Shown here piece after piece: positions 34,376-43,916 of a stretch of 64,000 nucleotides of DNA. Made by a program: the position numbers and the translations under genes. Numbering within the stretch: the first letter of the stretch is position 1; every line of letters starts with the position of its first letter. Source of the DNA: Eubacteriales bacterium (lineage in GTDB: Bacteria; Bacillota; Clostridia; Oscillospirales; CAG-272); assembly GCA_045632405.1 (NCBI GenBank), contig JAZQWO010000018.1:4832-68831 (forward strand). The letters run 5' to 3'. The notes beneath the pieces are model-generated. The model was not told where the DNA came from and ran no database searches. It saw nothing but the letters and a program-made list of their open reading frames with translations.

Positions 34376-35221
34376 ATGGAAACCTTTATTGAAATTTTAA
34401 AAGCGATATTTATCGGCATTGTCCAAGGCATTACCGAGTGGCTTCCTGTTTCCAGCACAGGACATATGATTATTGCCAACGAGTTTGTGGGCTTGAAGGT
34501 CAGCGCGGATTGCTGGGATTTGTTTGAGGTTATCACTCAGCTAGGCTCAATTTTAGCCGTTGTAATTCTGTTTTTTGATAAGCTGAACCCTTGGTCAAAA
34601 AACAAGGATGCAAATATGCGCAAAAAAACCTGGTCCCTTTGGTTCAAGGTTGTGGTTGCGGTGCTTCCTGCGGCGGTTATTGGCATTTTGCTTGAGGATT
34701 GGCTTGACGAGAAGTTTTATAACTTTATTGTCGTGGCAATTGCTCTTATTGTTTACGGTGTTTTGTTTATTGTTATTGAGCGTGTCAATAAGAATAAAAA
34801 ATATAAGGTAGAGGATGTTTACGACATTGACTACCCAACAGCCTTGAAAATCGGATGCTTTCAGGTGCTTTCGCTGATTCCGGGCACGTCCCGTTCGGGC
34901 TCAACAATTCTTGGTGCTTCAACCGTTGGCGTTTCGAGAACCGCGGCGGCTGAGTTCTCGTTTTTCTTGGCAATTCCTGTAATGGCAGGAGCATCTGCAT
35001 TAAAAGCCTTCAAAGCCTTTGTTCTGGACGGCGTTTCCCTGTCATCAACGGAAATAATTGTCCTTCTTACAGGCACAGTCACAGCCTTTCTTGTTTCTAT
35101 GGTTGCTATTAAGTTCTTAATGGCATTTGTTAAGAAGCATAGCTTTGAATCCTTTGGATGGTACAGAATTGGCTTGGGTATAATTTTAATCATATACTAC
35201 ATTATTAAAATAAACATATAA
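34376..35221 (+). CDS. uppP: Undecaprenyl-diphosphate phosphatase
   Basis: GIVQGITEWLPVSSTGH and PGTSRSGSTI motifs; 8 TM segments. Confidence 0.85.
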   Translation: METFIEILKAIFIGIVQGITEWLPVSSTGHMIIANEFVGLKVSADCWDLFEVITQLGSILAVVILFFDKLNPWSKNKDANMRKKTWSLWFKVVVAVLPAAVIGILLEDWLDEKFYNFIVVAIALIVYGVLFIVIERVNKNKKYKVEDVYDIDYPTALKIGCFQVLSLIPGTSRSGSTILGASTVGVSRTAAAEFSFFLAIPVMAGASALKAFKAFVLDGVSLSSTEIIVLLTGTVTAFLVSMVAIKFLMAFVKKHSFESFGWYRIGLGIILIIYYIIKINI

Positions 35222-35237
35222 TAATTTTAAAAAAGTG

Positions 35238-35266
35238 TTGATAAAATAAAAAGTTTATGTTATACT
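35238..35266 (+). promoter_or_regulatory. Sigma-A type promoter for pgk
   Basis: TTGATA, 17-nt spacer, TGtTATACT. Confidence 0.5.
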
Positions 35267-35304
35267 ATGCGTGGCAAAAATTTAAATTAAAAATATAGGA
35301 GAAA

Positions 35305-36606
35305 ATGAAAATGACTTACAACAAGAAAACTATTGAAGACGTAAGCGTAAACGGCAAAAAGGTTCTTGTAAGATGTGACTTCAACGTTCCACTCAAGGAC
35401 GGCAAGATCACAAGCGACAAGAGAATCATCGGTGCACTCCCTACAATTAAGTATCTTTTGGACAATGGCGCTAAGGTTATCCTTTGCTCACACATGGGCA
35501 AGCCACACAATATCTTCACAGAGGGCTTCGGTCTTACTAAGAAGGAAAAGAAGAAGGTTGAGGAGCTTCCTGCTGAGGAACAGGCAGCTGCTAAGGCAGA
35601 GCTTTTGAAGAAGGCTCTTGACGACAAGAAGAAGTTTACATTGAAGCCTGTTGCTGACAGACTTAACGAGCTTCTCGGCGGTGTTGTTACATTTGCTGAG
35701 GATATCGTTGGTGAGGATGCAAAGGCTAAGGTTGCTGCTCTTGAGGCTGGCAAGGCTGTTCTTTTGGAGAACGTTCGTTTCGACGCAAGAGAAACAAAGA
35801 ACAACCCTGAGTTCGCAAAGGAGCTTGCTGACTACGCAGACCTTTATGTAAACGATGCATTCGGTACAGCACACAGAGCACACGCTACAACAGCAGGCGT
35901 TGCTGACTACCTCCCTGCAGTTTGCGGTTACCTCATTCAGAAGGAAATCGGCATTATGGGAAAAGCACTTGCTGACCCTGCACGTCCATTCGTTGCTATT
36001 CTTGGCGGTGCTAAGGTTTCTGACAAGATCGGTGTTATTGAAAACCTTATCGAAAAGGTTGACACACTTATCATCGGCGGCGGTATGGCATACACATTCT
36101 TCAAGGCTAACGGCAGTAGCGTTGGTACATCTCTTTGCGAGGATGACAAGGTTGAGCTTGCACGTGAAATGATGGCTAAGGCACAGGCTAAGGGCGTTAA
36201 GTTCTTGATCCCTGTTGATAACAAGCTCGGTCGTGAGTACGACGAAAACACAGAGTCTATGTGTTCTGATTCCGACAAGATTCCTGACGATTGGATGGGT
36301 CTTGACATCGGTCCTAAGACACAGGAGCTTTTTGCAAACGCAATCAAGGGTGCCGGCACAGTTGTTTGGAACGGTCCTATGGGCGTTTCCGAATGGAAGA
36401 ACTTTGCAGCAGGTACAGAGGCAGTTGCAAACGCAGTTGCTGAAAGCGGCGCTATCTCCATCATCGGCGGTGGTGACTCTGCGGCTGCAGTTGAAAAGCT
36501 CGGCTTTGCTGACAGAATGACACACATCTCTACAGGTGGCGGTGCTTCCCTTGAGTTCCTTGAAGGAAAGACACTTCCAGGTATAGCTTGCTTGCAGGAC
36601 AAATAA
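35305..36606 (+). CDS. pgk: Phosphoglycerate kinase, with a ~36-aa Lys/Glu/Ala-rich insertion
   Basis: [38 protein letters not shown] and GGGDSAAA motifs. An insertion lies between SHMGKP and FTLKPVA. Confidence 0.9.
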   Translation: MKMTYNKKTIEDVSVNGKKVLVRCDFNVPLKDGKITSDKRIIGALPTIKYLLDNGAKVILCSHMGKPHNIFTEGFGLTKKEKKKVEELPAEEQAAAKAELLKKALDDKKKFTLKPVADRLNELLGGVVTFAEDIVGEDAKAKVAALEAGKAVLLENVRFDARETKNNPEFAKELADYADLYVNDAFGTAHRAHATTAGVADYLPAVCGYLIQKEIGIMGKALADPARPFVAILGGAKVSDKIGVIENLIEKVDTLIIGGGMAYTFFKANGSSVGTSLCEDDKVELAREMMAKAQAKGVKFLIPVDNKLGREYDENTESMCSDSDKIPDDWMGLDIGPKTQELFANAIKGAGTVVWNGPMGVSEWKNFAAGTEAVANAVAESGAISIIGGGDSAAAVEKLGFADRMTHISTGGGASLEFLEGKTLPGIACLQDK

Positions 36607-36617
36607 AAATATAAGGT

Positions 36618-36654
36618 TAATGTCCGTAGGTAAGCACTTACGGACATTACTTTT
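36618..36654 (+). terminator. Hairpin plus T-tract between pgk and tpiA (possibly partial terminator)
   Basis: taatgtccgta..tacggacatta then cTTTT. Confidence 0.45.
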
Positions 36655-36756
36655 GATAAAATGAGCTTAAAAGCGGCAAATCGTTGATTTTGAGCCATAT
36701 CAAAGTATGTACATCAATTCATATGAACAAAAACTAATATAACAGGAGAAATAAAA

Positions 36757-37512
36757 ATGAGAAGAAAAGTAATTGCTGGTAACTGGAAAATGAATATGAC
36801 TCCCTCACAGGCTAAGGCATTGATTGAGGAAACAAAGCCACTCGTTGCAGGAAAGGATAACTGTGACATTATCTTCTGCGTTCCATTTGTTGACATCTAT
36901 GCAGCACAGGAAGCAGCTAAGGGCTCTAACATTAAGATTGGCGCAGAAAACGTTCACTTCGCACCTAAGGGCGCATATACAGGTGAGATTTCTGCTGAAA
37001 TGCTCAAGGAGTGTGGCGTTGAATACGTTATTATCGGTCACAGCGAAAGAAGACAGTACTTTGGCGAAACAGACGAAACTGTTAACCTTCGCACAAAGGC
37101 TGCTCTTGAAGCAGGCTTGACTGTAATCCTTTGCCTTGGTGAGGTTAAGGAAGAAAGACTTAACGGCATTACAAACGAGGTTGTTGCTATGCAGACAAAG
37201 CTTGACTTGCTCGGCGTTACAGAGGAGCAGCTCAAGAAGGTTATTATCGCATACGAGCCTGTTTGGGCTATTGGTACAGGTCTTACAGCGACACCTGAGC
37301 AGGCAGACGAAACCTGCGGTGTTATCCGTGAAACAATCAAGGCTCTTTACGGTGAGGCTGCAGCTGAGGCTATCACAATTCAGTACGGTGGCTCTATGAA
37401 CGCTGCAAATGCGGCTGAGCTTTTGGCTAAGGAAAACGTTGACGGCGGTCTTATCGGTGGCGCTTCCTTGAAGGCTAAGGACTTTTCAGTAATTGTTGAG
37501 GCTGCTCAGTAA
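36757..37512 (+). CDS. tpiA: Triosephosphate isomerase
   Basis: IAGNWKMN, GHSERR, AYEPVWAIGTG and GGASLK motifs. Confidence 0.9.
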   Translation: MRRKVIAGNWKMNMTPSQAKALIEETKPLVAGKDNCDIIFCVPFVDIYAAQEAAKGSNIKIGAENVHFAPKGAYTGEISAEMLKECGVEYVIIGHSERRQYFGETDETVNLRTKAALEAGLTVILCLGEVKEERLNGITNEVVAMQTKLDLLGVTEEQLKKVIIAYEPVWAIGTGLTATPEQADETCGVIRETIKALYGEAAAEAITIQYGGSMNAANAAELLAKENVDGGLIGGASLKAKDFSVIVEAAQ

Positions 37513-37530
37513 TTTTATACGCTTATGTTA

Positions 37531-37576
37531 AAGCATCGCGGTGTTAATTAATTACACCGCGATGCTTCTTTTTTAT
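37531..37576 (+). terminator. Intrinsic terminator
   Basis: 14-bp stem aagcatcgcggtgt/acaccgcgatgctt, then a T-tract. Confidence 0.8.
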
Positions 37577-37589
37577 ACATTTCTGTATC

Positions 37590-37618
37590 TTGACAAATAT
37601 ATATTATAATGTTATAAT
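37590..37618 (+). promoter_or_regulatory. Sigma-A type promoter
   Basis: TTGACA, 17-nt spacer, TGtTATAAT. Confidence 0.55.
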
Positions 37619-37690
37619 TATTATGTATCGTTATGTTTTGATATAATATTTGTATGTTATGCTGTTTTGTCGGCATATTAAGGAGTATAT

Positions 37691-39301
37691 ATGACAAAAA
37701 GAAAGGTATTGCTAATAGCGGTTTTGTTTGCCTTAATTGTTATGGCGTTTGCGTTGACCGTGTCTGCGGCGAGCAACACACCTGTTAAGGTTAAAGTGCA
37801 AACATCTGTTGGCTCACGCGAAATAACTACCACGGTTGGTAAGCTTTTTACAGTTTCTGAAACAAATAATACTTATATTATCACAGGCATCAAGTCATTT
37901 GATAATTACAGCTTAACAGCAATTAAAGAGGTTCACATTCCATACGATGCTTCGGGCATTAGGGTGTCATCCGTATTTTCATCCGTTGAAAAGATTATAA
38001 TTGATGACTTTTCCAAGGTAAGCGTTGCAAGCCTCGCTGGCTTTACCAAGCTTTCCACCATAGAGGTTGGCTCATCTGCCACAGTTACGTTTGAAAATGG
38101 ATGCTTGCCTAACCTTGTGGAAACCTTGAGCTTCACAGGAACAACCTCAACCATTACCTTTGCATCATCAAGCTTTGAGGGCAAAACCTCTATTAAAAAC
38201 GTTAATTTTGGTGCTGGTAGCAAGTATATTCTTGGTCAGAACTGCTTTAAAAATACAGGCATTGAAAATCTTGAAATCAAAGACGGTGCAGCAATTACAT
38301 TTTCAGGTACAGGCGCGTTTTCAAATTGTGCAAGTCTGAAAACAGTATATCTTGGCAACGGCGTTACCAATGTGAACAACTCTCCATTCGATGGATGCGA
38401 CGCCTTGGAAATGGTTTATATTACCTCGGCTAATAATATAGCCGACAATACATTCCGCCGCGGCAGCGGAGAAAAGGCGCAGCTAAAGGTGTATATTCAC
38501 ACAACCGCACAGGTTACAATCAGCTCAAGCGCATTTACAAACCGTAGCTCTCTTGGCGTTGTTGTTTGTGTTCTTTCAACAAGCACAACATCACTTTCAA
38601 ACTGTAAATATGAGCTTCACGTTGGTATTCCACACGCATATAAGCCTGCGAGCACAACCCCAACCTGCTACAACAGCTACGCGACAGATTGCCCTTGCGG
38701 TAAGGCTTCAAACGCGTACTATAAGCTCTATCAGTCGGGCAAATCTATGCAAGTGGTTGAGCTTGTTGCAGGCTCTAACCCCGGTGTGCCACACCGCTTC
38801 AACGGTGTTGATACAATGTCATACGAAAACGGCATTTTCCAAAACGGTACATATACATTGAAATGCAGTGTATGTAACGAGAGCGAAAATACAGAAAGAG
38901 TTGCATCTGCAGTGGCGGTTTTTGCAGGCTACTCAGTTTCGGAAAGTAATATCAAAGCAATGGTTGTTGGTGTTCGCTATAACTCCACCAGCTTGAAGCT
39001 TTATGAGGAGTTTGTTGGCGAGGATATCAATTTTGGTATCGTGCTTGCAGCAAAGGACGGCATTGGCAACAATAAGCCTCTTGATGCAAATGGAAATGCA
39101 ATTTCCAAGAGTGTATATAAGCTCAATATGGAGTCACAGGGCATTTATGACGGTACAGTGAAGCTCACCTTGAACAGCGCATCTGTTATGAAGGAATTTA
39201 TCATGTCCGCATATATTAAGATTGGCAGCAAGGTATATTATATACAGGGCACTGAGCTTTTAGATGCTCCAAGTACTGTAAAGTACACACAATTTATATA
39301 A
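37691..39301 (+). CDS. Secreted LRR (BspA-like) surface protein with a C-terminal Cys-motif module
   Basis: Signal peptide, LRR units, and C-terminal CSVCN...FAGYS...YEEFVGEDINFGIVLAA module. Confidence 0.65.
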   Translation: MTKRKVLLIAVLFALIVMAFALTVSAASNTPVKVKVQTSVGSREITTTVGKLFTVSETNNTYIITGIKSFDNYSLTAIKEVHIPYDASGIRVSSVFSSVEKIIIDDFSKVSVASLAGFTKLSTIEVGSSATVTFENGCLPNLVETLSFTGTTSTITFASSSFEGKTSIKNVNFGAGSKYILGQNCFKNTGIENLEIKDGAAITFSGTGAFSNCASLKTVYLGNGVTNVNNSPFDGCDALEMVYITSANNIADNTFRRGSGEKAQLKVYIHTTAQVTISSSAFTNRSSLGVVVCVLSTSTTSLSNCKYELHVGIPHAYKPASTTPTCYNSYATDCPCGKASNAYYKLYQSGKSMQVVELVAGSNPGVPHRFNGVDTMSYENGIFQNGTYTLKCSVCNESENTERVASAVAVFAGYSVSESNIKAMVVGVRYNSTSLKLYEEFVGEDINFGIVLAAKDGIGNNKPLDANGNAISKSVYKLNMESQGIYDGTVKLTLNSASVMKEFIMSAYIKIGSKVYYIQGTELLDAPSTVKYTQFI

Positions 39302-39308
39302 AAATTCA

Positions 39309-39338
39309 GCAGAGATTTCGTATCTCTGCTTTATTTTT
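39309..39338 (+). terminator. Intrinsic terminator
   Basis: gcagagat ttcgt atctctgc then tttattttt. Confidence 0.65.
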
Positions 39339-39395
39339 GCATAAAAACAGGAAAAGCTGCCAAAATAAAAGTGAATGTTCAATTTTGGAGGCAAA

Positions 39396-39662
39396 ATGAG
39401 GGAATTCAGATACGTGGTCGAGGATAATAACGGCTTGCATGCCCGTCCTGCGGGAATGCTGGCATCTGTTTGTAAGGGATTTGACAGCGAAATCAAGGTG
39501 ATAGCCGAGGGCAAGGAAGCGGACGGCAAGCGCCTTTTATCGCTCATGTCCCTGGGCGCTAAGAGTGGCACAGAGCTACATTTCAAAATAAACGGAACGG
39601 ATGAAGAAGAGGCGGAAAGAGCCTTAAAAGAGCATTTTGAGGCAGGAAAAGCAAATGGATAA
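39396..39662 (+). CDS. ptsH: Phosphocarrier protein HPr
   Basis: Start at the ATG at 39396 (RBS ggagg). GLHARPA (His15) and LLSLMSLGA (Ser46 region). Confidence 0.85.
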   Translation: MREFRYVVEDNNGLHARPAGMLASVCKGFDSEIKVIAEGKEADGKRLLSLMSLGAKSGTELHFKINGTDEEEAERALKEHFEAGKANG

Positions 39663-41301
39663 AAACGAAAGCCGCACATACAAGGGTGTGGGCATTTCCT
39701 GTGGCAAGGTTTCGGGGAAAATCAAGTTTTTCAAGGGCGAGCGCGCAGGCAGCTTTGATAAGCGCACAGGGAATATAGAGGCGGAACTGAAAAGGCTTGA
39801 AAATGCGCGAGTTTTAGCTCGCGCACAGGCAAAGGAATTGGAAAAGCGGGCGCGTGATTCCATAGGGAAGGCAGAAGCGCAGATATTTGAAATTCATGCA
39901 ATGCTCTTAGAGGACGAGGACTACTTTGAAACGGTGGTCAGTGAAATTAAAAAGGGATATGCGGCAGAGGTTGGGGTGCGCCAAGCATCAGAAAAATATT
40001 CTGCTATGCTGGAGTCCTTGGGGGATGAATATTTATCTGCACGAAGCGCTGATATAAAGGACATATCAAGTCAATTAATCAGCATTTTGACGGGAGACGT
40101 GGATGAAAAAGAGGAAATTCCTAATCAGCCCTATATATTGGTGGCATCTGATTTAACACCTTCTCAAACGGTGCGTTTGGATCAGACAAAAATACTTGCC
40201 TTTGTGACCTTTGGTGGGACTCCGTCATCGCATACGGCAATTTTAGCCCGTTCTATGGGAATCCCTGCTCTTGTGGGTGTTGGGGTGATAGATAAGGCTT
40301 GTGAGGGGAAAACGGCGCTCTTAAATGCGGAAGCAGGCACACTGATAGTTTCTCCCACTGAAAAAGAAATGGAAGTGTTTGAACGGGAGCGTGAGTCCTA
40401 CAACAAAATAGCTATGGAGCACCAGATGTATTTGCGCTCGGTTATGAACAAGCCTGCGGTTACAAGAAGTGGACACCGCATTATGATATATGCAAATATA
40501 GGCGGTGAGGACGAGGTTGCCCCAGCCATTTCTAACGGAGCTGAGGGAATAGGTCTTTTACGCAGTGAATTTTTGTATCTTTCCCGTGAGAGCTATCCCG
40601 TGGAAGAGGAGCTTTTTGCAACATACAGAGATATTGCCATAAGGATGCAAGGAAAAAGAGTTATCGTGCGCACACTTGATGTGGGCGCGGACAAGCAAAT
40701 ACCGTATTTGGAAATACCAAATGAGGAAAATCCGGCGTTAGGCTATCGCGCCATAAGGGTCTGTCTTGACAGGAAAGAGCTTTTCAAAACACAGCTAAGA
40801 GCCATATTGCGAGCAAGCGCATACGGAAGAATAGCAATTATGCTGCCAATGGTAGTTTCAGTTGACGAGGTGCGCAGAGCCAAAGAGATTTTGGATGAAT
40901 GTAAGCAGGAATTATTGACACAGGGCTTGATGTTTGACACAAAAATTGAGGTGGGTATAATGATAGAAACACCTGCCTCTGCCATAATGTCAGAGGAGCT
41001 GGCACGGGAAGTGAGCTTTTTCTCTGTTGGCACAAATGATTTGACACAGTACACCCTGGCGGCAGACAGACAAAACCCAAATGTCACAGAAATATGTGAG
41101 AAAAACAGCGAGCCTGTTATGCGCTTGATAAAAATGGCAACGGATGCCATTCACAAGGTGGGCGGCTGGATTGGAGTCTGCGGAGAAATGGCGGCAGACT
41201 TAGATTTAACAGAGAGATTTGCAAGCATAGGAGTTGACGAGCTTTCCGTTTCCGTGCCGTATCTTTTGGGTGTGCGCGGGAAGGTGAGCGAGTGCAGATA
41301 G
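39655..41301 (+). CDS. ptsI: PTS enzyme I (PEP-protein phosphotransferase)
   Basis: GGTPSSHTAILARSMGIPALVG active-site His; IFEIHAMLLEDE; FFSVGTNDLTQY. Overlaps the ptsH stop by 8 nt. Confidence 0.85.
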   Translation: MDKNESRTYKGVGISCGKVSGKIKFFKGERAGSFDKRTGNIEAELKRLENARVLARAQAKELEKRARDSIGKAEAQIFEIHAMLLEDEDYFETVVSEIKKGYAAEVGVRQASEKYSAMLESLGDEYLSARSADIKDISSQLISILTGDVDEKEEIPNQPYILVASDLTPSQTVRLDQTKILAFVTFGGTPSSHTAILARSMGIPALVGVGVIDKACEGKTALLNAEAGTLIVSPTEKEMEVFERERESYNKIAMEHQMYLRSVMNKPAVTRSGHRIMIYANIGGEDEVAPAISNGAEGIGLLRSEFLYLSRESYPVEEELFATYRDIAIRMQGKRVIVRTLDVGADKQIPYLEIPNEENPALGYRAIRVCLDRKELFKTQLRAILRASAYGRIAIMLPMVVSVDEVRRAKEILDECKQELLTQGLMFDTKIEVGIMIETPASAIMSEELAREVSFFSVGTNDLTQYTLAADRQNPNVTEICEKNSEPVMRLIKMATDAIHKVGGWIGVCGEMAADLDLTERFASIGVDELSVSVPYLLGVRGKVSECR

Positions 41302-41337
41302 AAAGAACGCAGAAAACGCAAAATTGAAAGGGAATAT

Positions 41338-41808
41338 ATGAGTAATATAGACGAAAAACAGACACTCCTTGCCACTTGTGGCGGTGAGGTAATAAAATTG
41401 AGTGATGTAAATGATGAGGTGTTTTCCTCGGGTATGCTTGGAGATGGCTTCGGCATCATTCCTGACGGCAAGGATTTTTACAGTCCTATTGACGGAGTTA
41501 TTACAAACGCTCACGAATCAGGACACGCATATATGATAACCTCGCACACAGGGGTGGAGCTTTTAGTTCATTTAGGCATAAACACTGTTGAGCTTGAGGG
41601 GGAATATTTTTCCCCTGTGGTGAAGGTGAATATGCGAGTTTCCAAGGGTGATAAGCTTGCCTATGCGGACACCGAAAAAATAAAAGAGCGCGGATATGAC
41701 CCTGTGGCGGTTTGTATTATCACAAATACGGAAAAAATAGAGCAGTTTAAAATCACATACGGCAAGGTAAACCCAAAGGATGCCGTAATGGAATTTACTT
41801 TAAAATAA
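41338..41808 (+). CDS. PTS EIIA component, glucose subfamily
   Basis: FSSGMLGDGFGI..., HAYMITS..GVELLVHLGINTVELEG. Confidence 0.8.
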   Translation: MSNIDEKQTLLATCGGEVIKLSDVNDEVFSSGMLGDGFGIIPDGKDFYSPIDGVITNAHESGHAYMITSHTGVELLVHLGINTVELEGEYFSPVVKVNMRVSKGDKLAYADTEKIKERGYDPVAVCIITNTEKIEQFKITYGKVNPKDAVMEFTLK

Positions 41809-41813
41809 GGGAA

Positions 41814-41848
41814 TAAAAAACGCCTTTCCGTCAAGAAAGGCGTTTTTT
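41814..41848. terminator. Bidirectional terminator
   Basis: aaaaaa cgcctttc cgtcaa gaaaggcg tttttt. Confidence 0.75.
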
Positions 41849-41851
41849 ATA

Positions 41852-43720
41852 TTAGTCATTTAGCAAATTGTAATAATAAATGGGAGTTGCGCTCCATCCG
41901 TGGCAAAGGCTGCCTGCGTTGTCAAAATCTGCGTGACCCACAACCGTTTCCCAAACAGTGCCTGTTTCAAGCATAGGAGTGTAGGTTGCTCTTATATCGT
42001 CTATGATAAAGGACTTGTATTTTTCGCGGTCTGTTTTCAGAAGTGCGTCGTAAACAAAGCACTTCATACTAAGGGAGCAGGACACAAGGGAATGCTCTGC
42101 AAGACACTGACAAATGTGCTGAGCTACTTCACCTTCGGCAACACCTGTCTTTATAGCAAAGGCGTTTACAAGCTCGGTTGCAGTGCTGTCTGTTACAAAA
42201 AGACCTGACCCTGTGTCAAAAAACGTTGCTTTTGCCGCGCTTCTTAGCTCCTGCGCCTTGCCTTCATATGGGAAAGGCAAAGAGCATAGAGTGCATATTT
42301 TTTCGTAGTTATCAAGGGCAAAAATTGTCAAAAGCGTAGCCATGGCGTCCGCCTTGCCCTTTTCTTCTTCCTTTACATAACCGTCTGCCTTGGGCGACCA
42401 GTCGTAAAAGTTCCAATGGCAAGGATTTTTAAAGGTGCATACCAACCCGTTTTGTGCGTTTGAGAGAAATGTTCCCAAAATCTCCTTGAGCTTGTGGTCA
42501 ACAAGATTGATAAAATCCCTGTCGCCTGAGTGTTCAATATATTCCTTTACAGACAAGATATAGTAAAGAGAGAATGAGGGAATTGTCAAGTCGATACCGC
42601 AAGGATAGCAAATTGACAAAAGTCCATCTATTCGTGCGTCCTTGCTCATCAATAAAAGATTAGAGCGCGCGTAATCAAAATTTCCACCCTCAAAGGCGTG
42701 GTAGCCCGAGAGCATTTGGTTGCGGGAGTCAAAGGCATATAGACATTGTTCTCTCCACGGGCAATCCACGTAATGCTCCATCATAGAGAGGCGCAGGGTG
42801 TTTACGCAAATGTCGTATATTTGTCCGTCAAGACCTTCAAGGCAGTGCTTCTTTGGGGTGACGGGGTAGTATTGAGGGATCAATCCAATGTAGCTGATAT
42901 CAGCATCTCCCTCGATTTCCAAATATCTGCAAGCGAAGCGGAGCATATAGTGTGTGTATTCGTTTTTGCCTGCTTGGGCGGTATAGTCAATGGAAAAATC
43001 CCGTGCGCCGATTTTCCTTTTCACGTGTCCGTTTTCAAGACATTCACCGTAGGAAACGGTTATTTTTGTCATCTCTTTAGCCACAAGCGCAAAGGAAAGT
43101 AAGCCCACATATTCACGCCCTAAATCGTATAAATTTTCGCCGATTTTGGTGGCTTTTACAAGGCTGCCGAGTGAAAGCCTTTTGTTGGGGCGCGGAACAA
43201 AGATAGATTTTTTGTCCACAGGGTAGGCTTTTTTCATATTTTGACTCTTGCCAAGAGCCCATAAATCCTCTTTTGTGGAGTCGTACCCATAGCTAAAGCC
43301 AAGCTGGAATGAAATTTCACGTTCAAAGCCGCTTTCATATGAGGGGCTGTTACGGCAAAGAGTGCTTTCATTTGTTGCAAAGACAACATTTTCGCCTGAT
43401 GTGATTTCGCAAATTACACCGGGCGAGTATTTTTTATACCGTTGTGAATCCTTGCCAAAGTGCCACACCAAAATTCCGATATGGTTTTCTTCCGTTACCG
43501 TATAAGGTGTCAAGTCAAGCACATCTACCGATTTGTAATGCTCAAAGTCACCGTATTGATTGGATGATACATATTTTCCGTTTATAAAAAGGGTGTAGTC
43601 GCCGTCGCAGCTGATTTTGCAAATCTCACCGCCTGCTGCTGAAAAGCTGCCGTAAAACTCGCCGAAGCTGTTTTTGGTGCTTGTTGGCTCATACCAAATC
43701 CATTTTGCACATTTAAACAT
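41852..43720 (-). CDS. GH78-like (alpha-L-rhamnosidase family) six-hairpin glycosidase
   Basis: N-terminal AKWIW; central HYVDCPWREQCLYAFDS resembles the DCPxRE..W.GD block of rhamnosidases. Confidence 0.55.
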   Translation of the reverse strand: MFKCAKWIWYEPTSTKNSFGEFYGSFSAAGGEICKISCDGDYTLFINGKYVSSNQYGDFEHYKSVDVLDLTPYTVTEENHIGILVWHFGKDSQRYKKYSPGVICEITSGENVVFATNESTLCRNSPSYESGFEREISFQLGFSYGYDSTKEDLWALGKSQNMKKAYPVDKKSIFVPRPNKRLSLGSLVKATKIGENLYDLGREYVGLLSFALVAKEMTKITVSYGECLENGHVKRKIGARDFSIDYTAQAGKNEYTHYMLRFACRYLEIEGDADISYIGLIPQYYPVTPKKHCLEGLDGQIYDICVNTLRLSMMEHYVDCPWREQCLYAFDSRNQMLSGYHAFEGGNFDYARSNLLLMSKDARIDGLLSICYPCGIDLTIPSFSLYYILSVKEYIEHSGDRDFINLVDHKLKEILGTFLSNAQNGLVCTFKNPCHWNFYDWSPKADGYVKEEEKGKADAMATLLTIFALDNYEKICTLCSLPFPYEGKAQELRSAAKATFFDTGSGLFVTDSTATELVNAFAIKTGVAEGEVAQHICQCLAEHSLVSCSLSMKCFVYDALLKTDREKYKSFIIDDIRATYTPMLETGTVWETVVGHADFDNAGSLCHGWSATPIYYYNLLND

Positions 43721-43884
43721 AGAAAGCTCCTTAAATTTGATAATTTAATTTTATCACGAATGAAAGATAAAAGCAACTCATTTTACTCAGCTATATTAAT
43801 TATTTTTAAACCCTTACGCCTTGCCTTCTCTACCCATTTGTAGCTGTTGGAAATCTTGTTCGTAACAAAGCAAACTACCTAATT

Positions 43885-43915
43885 AAAAAAGGGTGACCGA
43901 GTGTCGCCCTTTTGC
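43885..43915 (-). terminator. Intrinsic terminator after the NSS transporter gene
   Basis: Minus strand: agggcgac actcg gtcaccct then TTTTTT. Confidence 0.55.
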
Positions 43916-43916
43916 T

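Noticed and set aside
35488-36698. Two very long antisense ORFs (345 aa at 35488-36525 and 253 aa at 35937-36698) on the minus strand
   Set aside because: They lie entirely inside pgk, whose plus-strand frame carries every Pgk signature. Their translations are low-complexity (Cys/Leu/Ser/Val-rich). Strongly biased codon usage in highly expressed genes commonly removes stops from antisense frames.
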